This document shows, one piece after another, positions 21,664 to 32,100 of a stretch of DNA of 64,000 nt (positions are counted from its first letter, which is position 1; every line of letters begins with the position of its first letter). A program made the translations under genes and the position numbers. Origin of the DNA: Paraspadella gotoi (Eukaryota > Animalia > Chaetognatha); the NCBI GenBank assembly GCA_051294375.1, contig CM119267.1:15354105-15418104 (forward strand). The letters run 5' to 3'. The notes under the pieces were generated by a model. It did no database searches and was not told the origin of the DNA. It saw nothing but the letters and a program-made list of their open reading frames with translations.

Positions 21664-24531
21664 GGCTCACGATTATGTTGTTTCCGGTTCGTTTGCAGAA
21701 TTAAAGCCAAAAGGAACCCCGTGGGTGAATTCGAAACAACTCGGTTTTCAGTTAGTTAACTTCAATACATCGCTTACGACGTAACCACGGTCTTTAGTCG
21801 TTGCTTGCTCGACGGTGAAGACAATTCACTGACGATGGGTCATTAATTCCGGTGGTTAAGAGAAAAATAAATCGTTTTAATGCGCCGATCGAAAATGAAA
21901 ACTCATTAAGTTTCTCCATACATCACATTTTAATTATAGGGGAAAAAAAATATGGCATCGAACCAGAGATTCGGAAAGCGAAAGAGAATTTTTCAAATTT
22001 TTTGGGGAGGAAGAAAAGGATTTTTCCATCGGAAAGACTTATCTCGGTAAACGACGGTCGCGTTTCCTACGCGCAACATCATCGAGGATCTCGAAGAAAG
22101 GGAAAGGAGGAGGAGGATGAAGGGGAAGAAGAGGAAGAGGAGGAGACTAGAAATGAGGAAGAAGAGAACAGCGAGAGTGACCCGACGAAGAGGAAAGCTA
22201 TAAAACCGAGAATGTCAATTTATTTTTTTATTTTTCAAATATACGCTTTTTAACTTTCAAAAAAGAGAAAAAAAAATGTGAAAGAATGTCACGGTAAGCC
22301 AATTTATTTCTTGGTTCTTATTTAGTTCGAAAATAAAACTCGTTCATAATTCAAACTCGTTCGTTTGACTTTAAACGTTAACGACCGACGCTTCCATTCA
22401 ACAGGCCCATCGATATCTCTCCCCCGTCAGTTTCGACCGGGATGTTTGACCGAGAATTTCCCACGCCCAAGATCAGTTAATTCCCCGTAGACGAGTTTCG
22501 GTCGCGTCCTCGGAGCGCGTAGCCCGCTTACCGCTTCGCTTCCCAACTCCGCGGCGGTCTCAATCGTGAAAACTAACGCGGTCCGCGACCGTTACGCGGA
22601 TCGATATTCGATTCNNNNNNNNNNAGAAAAAACGACGATAATGCTGTGATTGTCGCCTATACGGTATTCCGTTGGGATATAAAAAAGTGCTGAAGAGAGC
22701 GACAAAGGTGAAACAAACAGACATGTCGTAATGCCCGAAGCTATTACATTAAATCGCGGTTTGGGGACATGGGAGGAATCGCAAGAGAAAGTAACCTTTT
22801 TGATCAGCAATCGTCAATCCCATATTAAATCTTTAAAGCTTTCTAAGTGAGATAGAATATTCCTATTAATAAATTAAAAGAGCGAAAAATGACGGGCTTT
22901 TAACTTTAAATCGTTTTTCTCCTCCTCCCCGTGTCGCTCGTTAATTGGTTTAAAAAAAAAAAGGAGAGGGAAAACTCATCTTACTCTCGACGCCCTTTAG
23001 AAACGATTTCTCATCTTTGCTTTTAATTGAATTTCATTTTTTTCCTTCGTAACAATCCTGTTTATCTCCGAGCGAATTAAAAAAAAAAACATGATTCTAA
23101 GCATTTTAAGTTAAATGACGAGAAATTAAAAGTGTTTGTAACGCTATTATTAGGCCTTTTCGAACCTGATCCAACCCCCCCCCTCTCCAATTTTCTTAAG
23201 TTAAGTCCTAAGAGAATCCCATACCCGATTACATTAATCCCCGAACAAATAAAGAAACCTCAAATGCGTGGAGGAGAATGAAAGGGTAGAGGTGACGATA
23301 AACGAATCAGAAAACTGGCGACCAGGAAATGGCACAAAGTCCGACGAAAAAATCGGAAATGAGTTGTGTTTGTTCGGAAAAAAAAAGGGGGGGCGGGCTG
23401 AGGGGGATTAAGAAACTGGCGGGGGAGCGGAAGGAAGTGCCGACATTATCACCTCTAATTCGAAACGGGGATAATCTCTCGTACAACATTCGGGAGACTT
23501 CGGTGATAATGAAAAAGAAAAGCTCGTCGTGTGCGCGGAAATTAGGATGGAGGTTAGTAAATCATTAAGTTCGAGCGAACTCTTAAATTATGTGCTATTC
23601 AGCCTATTGGAACTAATTCGCGTCAACCAAAACCGCTCATTCATTGTGATTGAATGAGTAAGCGAGCAAAGGATTCAGTTAAAAGAGCGAGTCAGTGGGT
23701 GAGGGACTCCTACGTCATTAATATATTGAATTTATAAAACTAATGTTATAAAAACAATTTTGTCGAGGAAAAACAAAATCTGGCGTTAGAAATAGTCAAA
23801 ATTAACTTATTTCCCCCGGCTTTAGAGTCTGATTACAATAAAGTCAGCCAATGATAATAGATAGGGACTTGTTAGATTTGAGAATCAACTAAAATGAAAC
23901 TGTCGGAAACGATCTTTAATCTTAATTGACTTTAAATTACTAGTTTTATTCTGTGACCAATTTTAATTTCGGAATATTTATAACCGAAATCCCAAGAAAA
24001 GTGAAAGTTTGGGTCTGGGAGATTTTTTCTGTTAGTTGCCTTGATATCGAAACAACGGATCCGGCGAAAGGCTTGCTCCTGCCTGGTGGTTTTACCGGCC
24101 CGTCACTCCTTTGCAAAGACCGTGCCGATCAGGGGTACAAACCCGAAAAATTGTGTTCGGAGTTATAGCGTTAAGCCCTTTTTTTTTACGTAAATCAAAA
24201 ATGAAAAACCTTGAAACATTTATTATTACACTATTTTTAACCGTTTTACTAAATTTTCTTTCATAAAAGCAAATAATTTATTTTTGCATGTCATAGATAC
24301 AGCAATGACATCGTTTAGAAGACAGCAATTAGCAAAAGGACTTTGGGGTCCGAAGGCGTCGGAAGATTTTAAGATATCAATTTTTTTTCTTTAAAAAAAA
24401 AATTTAAATCAAATAAACTTTCTTTTCAATAATGATGATCGTCTATTTACAATTAAATGATTCCAAAAACATTTATTCATTTTTCATTAAGTCGAGAAAC
24501 CAATAACTTTTCCAAAATCCGTACCAATCGA

Positions 24532-26151
24532 TTAACAGCACTTCTTGTACACGCAAAGACTCGGGTTTGAATACACCTTCTGAAGGGCTTCTCGAGTTTC
24601 GTGGCCAAAAGTCTTGCCGAACATGCAGGCATTGACGCCAGGCACGTGACCTCCGTAACCAGGCAGCATCGGTTCGCACTTGGGGTATATCGTCCTTGAG
24701 CAGATCTCTTTATTTGGAGAGAATGGATTGTAAAAGCCCAGTTAGAACGAACAAGCACTTTTAACAAACATATTGTGGACGCAACAGTCCACAATATAAT
24801 AATAACCCACCTATGGGACAAATTGGACAATCCGGACAAGAATTGCCGGGACATCGCTCGTCGGATTTCGGATGGCACTCGGATTTCAAAAACACCCTTT
24901 TCAACGCTTTCTCCTTCATCGTGCCTTTTATTTTGAATGAATAAAGCTTGTAAAGCAAGAAAAAAAACGCATAGAGCCTATGTAGTGCCTTTCAGCGTCG
25001 AACTAATAAACGAATGAATTGGTCGAACAAAAGAACAATTTGTACCATCAGGGTGAAAGCAGTCGCATTTGGAGCCTTTTTTATCGGGACATGGATCGAA
25101 AAGCTTTTTTTTCTTGCCGCAATCCTTCCTTATCGGAGTGATCATCGGCAGCATCATCTCCTGCGCCTGCTACGATTCGCGACAGGTTTAAGTTCAAGGC
25201 CATAAGGGGCAGAATTTTCATCGAATACCTTTTTCGACCCAGATTTGGCCATGTCGGCGCAAAAGTGACTCGAAAACCTTGGTTTGGGGCAATAAAAAAA
25301 TAAAAATAACACCGCGTTTCATAATCCGTTTAAGAAAAAAAAAAAGATTACCTCAACGGCTGCCCCGAATGATCTTTTCGGCCGCAACAGTTTTGGACGA
25401 GAAGGCAGCCGTGGGAAGCGTTTCCTTGGGAAGAGCAACCATGAGGGAGCCCAACGAGACCCACCAGTTCGTATTGTATTTCGGAAGAAGACTGACCGCA
25501 AGGAGTAGGGGTACAGGGAGGACACTGAGTCGATGTTTCCTGACAACGTTGCGGGCGTCTTAAAAAAATATAAAGAGGATTCATTTCAATTTATTGTTGA
25601 AAACCTAAACCTCAAAATTTTATTTGAATAACTTTTTAGCGCAGGGAGCTGGGAGAAGCTTTGGTTTAGCGCCGGGATCGTCGCAAGTTTTTGGTTTCGG
25701 GCAGGGGTCATGACAAGGCTTCGGTCTAGCGCAGGGATCTATGCAGCATTTCGGCATCCAAACTGCCTCTTCGGCCGCCTTGCCATAGCCCGACGGTATG
25801 CCCGCCGGCGGAAGAAGATGATGATTGGACGGAACGCAGGGGGCGCAGCAAGAGTCCTGTTATTAGCGACGGTTTCGGTTCGATTTCTTGCTCACGAGGA
25901 AAATCGAGTTCTTTTTTTACATTTTAAATTAAAATATTTTTTTTTTTTCAAATCGCTTCGATTATGGATTTCCAGATTACCAGAATTTAATAAGGCACTA
26001 CCCCTTCAGTAAATTCAAACCTTATATGACCTAACTTTCCCTCCCTCTTTGTCCAATCTCGATTATCTACCAAGTAATAAAGACTTTCTGGCAAACAGCA
26101 ATTTTGGGCGTGAGTATCCGAGTCCTTTTCGCATTCGTAACAACATTCCAT
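24532..26151 (-). CDS. Cys/Pro-rich protein (about 347 aa) with a C-terminal FAM166/CIMIP2 (DUF2475)-like motif; candidate ciliary or sperm microtubule-inner protein. Exons 26151-26002, 25856-25633, 25558-25352, 25277-25229, 25169-25046, 24924-24811, 24707-24532
   Basis: Seven exons with GT-AG introns join in phase without stops. The last exon encodes MLPGYGGHVPGVNACMFGKTFGHETREAL (PGYxGxVP...FGKTFG motif), and there are DPCxxPK repeats. Exon 1 is the least certain. Confidence 0.7.
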
Positions 26152-26477
26152 GGTTTAAACGTGGAAAAAAAATAAAAAACCGAGCAAAATTAAAATCAAA
26201 ACCGGTAAGAGTTTTTTTTAAACAGTTATTAAAACTAAGTTTTTAAGTTATTGACTATCGTAGGTTTAAGAGACATTAAGAAAAAAAATTATAAAATGAA
26301 GTATATTTCTGCAATAGGTAAACTTCAAAAACAAAACGCTCTTTTGTTTAGCGTAAGTCGCACAAATGTAAAAAAAAAAATTTAAAATGGATCAACAAAT
26401 TTTAAAAAGTAAAATCAAAGGGCACTTGTATTTAACATTAACAATGATGTCTTCATTGCTCCAGGATTCCAAACTTT

Positions 26478-29400
26478 CTAATCCTTTAGAATTCTCGATT
26501 CATGATCGTAAAGGTGTTCTGAATAAAAAAAAAGGAAAACATCATTAATCACTTTTTTTTAAATCTTTCATGAACATTGTTAAAAATATCATTTTTTAAA
26601 AATTTTTTTTCAGTTGGCAGCATTTACTGTAATATTTTTTTTTTCATTTGTTTCTTTTGTAGAACTTACCCAATGTTTTTTGTAACAGGGATGCCCAAAC
26701 CGAATCCTAACGAGAAAAAAAAATTACAGATTAGCTGATGAACTTCAAGAAGGCTTCATATTATAAAATGAGGTACCGGTTTTTTGTAACCAGAACACGT
26801 TCCCACCAAACTAGGCCAGGGCCCTGGGGCTGGACCTTTGGGGGGGGGTAAAGAAAAATCAAAAAATTTGTTTTTCGTTTTTTAAATTTTTTTAGTAGCA
26901 TCAGGTGCATTGACGTCTTAAACATATAAAAAAAATTTAGAACTAAACTTGATATATTTTCAATAATTAAGCATTGTTTGAAGATGCATGGTTCTTCGAT
27001 TCACCTCCAATTTTACCAGATTATTCCAAATCTGACTTGAACCGCTGTTGTTCATGAAGTTGAAAATTACAAGGTAAACTGATATTTTTGTGGTATTAAA
27101 TACGTGTTGGACATAAACTCTCGTCGTAATCCGTCGATCTTATTTACCCAGCTCATCATACTATGGAAGAGTAAACGTCTATGAAACAAAAATAATTTAA
27201 TAATTTTGTAAAAAAATTTTGACCATTTTTTACCTTCTCATGGGTGACCCCCCGGGGTCAAATATTGAAATTCGCCACAATAATTCTATTTGTATTCAGT
27301 TAAGTATCATTTATAACAAATTTCAATAAATTTGGTCCAGCAGTTTTTGCGGAACAGATTCTGGTCATAAAAAACCGGTACCTCATTTTATAATATGAGA
27401 ATTTTATTTCATATCAAGAATGATACAGTAGCATACATCAGCAACAAAATAAACCAAACAAATAAAAAATAGAATTAAGAGGTTTTCGTGAAGGAAAACT
27501 AAGCTACGAGATCATTTCCATATTTTTATAGAAATAAGACAAAACCTTATTTTTCATCAAAGTTANNNNNNNNNNAGAAATAAGACAAAACTTTCTTTTT
27601 CATCAAAGTTAAACGTTTCATGAATCGTTCATGATTAATTTTGAAAATATTATAAATGTCAGGGTAACCAAAACATTCTCTAAGGTTTCTGATGCTTTCT
27701 CATCTATGCCAGCCAAAGATTTTACGAAATCAATTATTAATAGCTACATTTCGTTGGTACATATCTTTACAACGAAAGTCTTTAACTTCACAGCTATATC
27801 GTAGTAGTGAGACACAATTACTGAAAAATAATTGTAACAATTGCTTCATTTGGTTTGTGTAACGCATTCAAAATACTATTGGAAGACCTAGAAAAGGACA
27901 TTAGATCAAGTGTGGGATCGAAATCAAAATTATTTCCAGGTTTTAAGTTAATTCCTAGATATTTCCAACTTGTGACTCTTTCAATAGGACATGAATCAAC
28001 ATTTAAATACCCAGTACCAAGCCCAGATTTTTTTAAAATCAATATTAAATCATTTACATATAAGGACTAAAAGTAAGGACTAAGAATCCCTCCTTGACGA
28101 ACCCCAGTTTTTACATGAAAAATTTCACTATAACAATCCTACCACTTACATTTACTGTAGATATTTGAATACCAATATACAATAAGTCTTAAAAAGCAAA
28201 GCGGAACATTTCTTTCAATTAGTTTTAAGTATAACCCATAATGATTAACTTTAACTGGAGTCCATAAAGGTTGATATCACGCTCCATTTTATAGAAAGTT
28301 ATTAACTACCGATTTTAAAACTAAAACCGCATGCGACGTACAGTGCTTTTGCTTGAAGCCTTAAAAAGTGCACAGACATCTTTCAACTTTCAAGCAATTG
28401 GTAAATCGGTATCATCACAAAAAATTTTAAATGACTTGTTACACTCACTGTAAACTCCCTAGGTTTTTCGTCTGGATCCAGCCAGGGCATCCATGCTGGA
28501 ATGAAGTCTGGTCTTTGCGACGGATCTTCCCAGTTAGGTTGAGTGGATTCTCTCGCCTTGTGAAAGAAAAACAAACCTTTTTGATTTTTTTTAAAGACTA
28601 ATCAGTTATGCCATAAATTTCTAATTGTACTGGTAAAACCCTTTTGGCTAAATTTTACTTTCGCGGACCGCGGTTATGGCGGCTTTTGAAAAACTATTTT
28701 AAAAAAATATTATCTAATAACCCTAACCCTAAACTCTCCTAACCCTAACCAGTAACCACCCCTAACCCTAAACCACCCTTAACCCTTACCATTCCCTACC
28801 CGCGGACGGCGAAAATAAAAGTAACCCAAAATTTCATTATGCGAAAAAAAACTGGGAAAATTTTCGAAACTACCATAACACCACCACTAATAAAAGTAGA
28901 AAAATAACTGACTGGGGTGGGTAGGTTCCAGTGGGCTAAAGTAAAATTATGGATTTGTCTTCATAACAATGCTGTTGGACTCAAACTTTTGCGAAATGTC
29001 GAAATGTCTACAATAAATACCGCTCATCAATGCAATTCACACTTTGAAACTTCAAAGAATTCGAATTCGAAGTAACAAGTGATACATGCTATGATGCTAA
29101 ACTTGTAAATTATCCTTTCATGAACATTAAAAAAATAAGAAGCTTCATTATACATTGGTGCAAGTACATCCAGCATAACAGCTCACCCGATAACTGACGA
29201 GAGCGGAAATGAATCGACGATATAAACAAACGACTTCGATAGGAGACATCGTTTCGATTTGCCCAAAACGCGATCTGTACTTTTCAAACGGAGTCCGTAC
29301 GACGGGCGTATCGGACGACTCCGCACCAGCAGGATGAGACGTCGGGAATACCGTTGAATCGCATCTATGTTCGGCTGGCGATCGGGCCGCATCAATGGCG

Positions 29401-31353
29401 CGTGCGCCTGAGTCCGTGATTGATGAATCGGCCACATCTCGATTCACGTGGTTTCCATCGGTTTCGTTCGACGAATGGCCTTCAGCCATATTATTGTCAA
29501 TATTGTCGTCATTATAATTTAGTTCCCCAACTGCATCGTAGTAAAACATTTGGGTAGATTCGCCATCATTACCCTCGAGGGGAGGAGGGATAATCTTCTC
29601 AGATTCCTCACCGCCACCCTCTCTGACGGGAGAGGGAGATTTTCTCGAAAAAACAGCAAGCGCATCTTCGGCTTCCTTCGGTCGGTTGCGCTCTGAATTG
29701 TCGCCACAGGCGATGGCCGAATCGAAATCAGCATGAAGGGCGCGTATCTGCCCGAGTAGCTTAATACGATTCTCTTTTTTCGTCGCCTTTCGTAGGCGAT
29801 AGTCGTCGAACTTTTTCCGATTGATGTTCGCTTTAAATTGAATGAAAATTTATTAATTAATTTAAGTATCAAATAAAAATGGTTAGCAAGGCGATCTTAC
29901 ACTTTTTTATCTTGTTTTGAATCGTGCGCCCCTTTGGCCTTGGTTTCTCTTGAGTCCATCCCATTTCTGAAAACCCCATTGCCCGTAGACTTCTTTGAAA
30001 ATACGTAAAAACTTCTTTCTCCCTCTCCTTCGCGTGAAAAAAAAAGTGATCCTCCATATCTCGTTGATGTTCGGCGACATATCCGCAAGAAGGGCAACCG
30101 TATTCCAATTTTTCGCGCTCCCTCTTTTTCGATTCGCGTAGATCGTGAAAACAATGACGTTTGAGATGATTGCGAACCGCGTCTAAATTGCTGCAGCGAA
30201 AGTAAAACAATCGGCAACTGGCGCAGCGTTTCTTGATATGGGTTCTCATGCAGTGGCTCCGCATGATCCCAACGGCGTTACGGTCATCGTAAAGGATAGA
30301 GTAATCGCATAGTTGGCACAGAACTTTGACTCTGTGATTTGAATGGTGTTGCTCGAATTTAAAAATCTTCATTACAGAGGCAGAAGAGGTTTTGCAATTG
30401 AGGCACTGATAAAGGATCGGCTTGAGGCAGATCTCGTCGCCGTCATCGTCACCGACGCCAGAATCGTGGCGCAATCGATCCTTGCAGGTCCCGTTGATTG
30501 AAGAGGGATCCGCGGATGAGGCAACTTCGGATATTTCGCGAGTTCCCAGTTCCACTCCTTCTTTAATCACCGCGTCGGAGCAGCCCTCTAATATGTCTGC
30601 CACGTCGGGAACTTCTACCTCGACGGGAATGTCTGCTGCGTAGGAAATGTCTGCCACGTTAGAAACGTCTGCCACGTTGGGAGCGTCCACCACCACGGAA
30701 ATGTCTGTCACGACAGGAACGTCTGCCGCGTCGGGAACGTCAGGAACATTTGCTTCCACCGCCAGCGGCGTTGGGCCCGGAGGGATACCGAAGCAAGAAA
30801 TAAAAAGCGCGGCGTCTTCATCCTCCATCGCTGTTTCAACATCCCAGAGTTCGTTTTCTTCCTCCTCGTTTCCGGTATCATTAGATAGTTGGCCGACGAC
30901 CATGCCTTCTGAATTAGCAGAATGGGAAACTAAGGGATTGCTGACCCCAACGCCGATTTCAAGGTCACCGACGCCAGAAGCGCGTACTTTTTCGGCGTCG
31001 GCGATGCCTTCATTTCTTTGTCCATTGGGCAAGGTCATTTTTTCTTCGACAGCAACTTCTTTTTCGACTTTGGGTCCTAGATCTTTCATCCTTGATTTTC
31101 GATTGACCATACGATCTCGCTTTTCGACTGTCTTTCGATGAATTTGGTCGCCAACGATGCGGACTTTGGCTGGAGGGTCGTCGGTTGGAAGCGAGCAGCG
31201 TTTGCAAGGGTTGATGGACGGGCAGAGAATAACTAGTGGCTCGCTTTTGAGTCTGGGATCGTTCTTCGTGAGCCAAACCGGAAAATATTTTTTGAAAGAA
31301 AAACCAAGACCGCGAGTTTTCTTGGATTTGACATTATCTTCGCGTTTGGACAT
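26478..31353 (-). CDS. C2H2 zinc-finger protein (about 760 aa) with a C-terminal NRF1/Erect-wing-like domain. Exons 31353-29901, 29830-29187, 28556-28449, 26706-26670, 26518-26478
   Basis: Four atypical C2H2 fingers in exon 1 (e.g. CPSCGYVAEHQRDMEDHFFFH). All junctions are GT-AG and in phase. The spliced C-terminus is IETMSPIEVVCLYRRFISALVSYRARESTQPNWEDPSQRPDFIPAWMPWLDP...SVWASLLQKTLEHLYDHE, matching the NRF1 DNA-binding domain pattern. Confidence 0.75.
26756..27398. mobile_element. MITE / non-autonomous DNA transposon in intron 3 of the C2H2-NRF1-like gene
   Basis: 30-bp perfect TIR tcatattataaaatgaggtaccggtttttt, extending imperfectly to about 55 bp; no clear TSD. Confidence 0.8.
27700..28365 (-). 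mobile_element. Degenerate non-LTR retrotransposon (LINE) reverse-transcriptase fragment
   Basis: Minus-strand pieces GFKQKHCTSHAVLVLKSVV, KVNHYGLYLKLIERNVP, FHVKTGVRQGGILS and VTSWKYLGINL, with stops, frameshifts and a deleted YADD region. Confidence 0.85.
28642..28831. mobile_element. Small inverted-repeat element carrying degenerate (CCCTAA)n telomere-like repeats, in intron 2 of the C2H2-NRF1-like gene
   Basis: Imperfect TIR of about 35 bp (ttttggctaaattttactttcgcggaccgcgg vs reverse complement ttttgggttacttttattttcgccgtccgcgg) flanking ccctaa repeats at about 28718-28790. Confidence 0.7.
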
Positions 31354-31825
31354 TGTGCTCTACCTAACTATAAGAATAATACGAAGAATAATACGAAGAA
31401 AAAAAATTTAATAAAACAAAAAAGTTGGCATATTACAATTATTAGAAAGACGAGGAAACGTGATTATTGAGAATTTTTGTTTAACTAATCATATGTTACG
31501 AGACCAATTACAAAAATACTAATAATAGAAACGAAAGAACTATGCAAGTTTCAGGACAAATTAGAAAAGTAAACAAAGCGGATGAGGAATCAATGAAGAA
31601 AATATTTTTAAAAAATTACCAAAAAACGAACGAAGACCTGAACGAGGAATGAGGAATAAGCAAAATTTTTGACGTACGTAAAAGAATTAAATTCAAGAAG
31701 CATATTTCCAGAATTAACATCCCTCTCCCCATTACATTATAAAAGAATATACTTTATATAAAGAATATAATAAGATCTAATATATAGTTAAATTTATTAA
31801 ATTTTTACATTTTTAAATTTTAATA

Positions 31826-31926
31826 TAGAACAAAGTTTTGAAGAGAGATTTAACAACGATTTTTTATTTCATAGTGAAACGTAAAATTTAAATCGTTGTT
31901 AAATCTCTCTTCAAAACTATGTTCTA
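31826..31926. repeat. 101-bp near-perfect inverted repeat (hairpin or tiny MITE)
   Basis: 37-bp arms with 1 mismatch (tagaacaaagttttgaagagagatttaacaacgattt / aaatcgttgttaaatctctcttcaaaactatgttcta); TA at both ends. Confidence 0.9.
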
Positions 31927-32100
31927 AATCAAATCACAACGAAACAGAAAGGAAAAAATACAAATTTTAATATAAAAATTTAAAATCTAATTTAGTAAAA
32001 CGAGCAATCTTGAATTTTTTTCATAAGAAATAAGGAATTTGAAGGATCATTCAAAAAGAAATCGTAGGTTATATTATACGAAACTAAGTCCGAGTCTGAA

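Noticed and set aside
24690-24935. Plus-strand reading weakly resembling a Tc1 transposase C-terminus
   Set aside because: It is antisense to in-phase exons of the Cys-rich FAM166-motif gene and has no DDE motif or TIRs
27530-27611. Direct repeat of about 36 bp flanking a 10-N gap
   Set aside because: Overlapping contig ends, an assembly artefact
28718-28790. Telomere or chromosome-fusion scar
   Set aside because: Short, degenerate and enclosed by inverted repeats inside an intron
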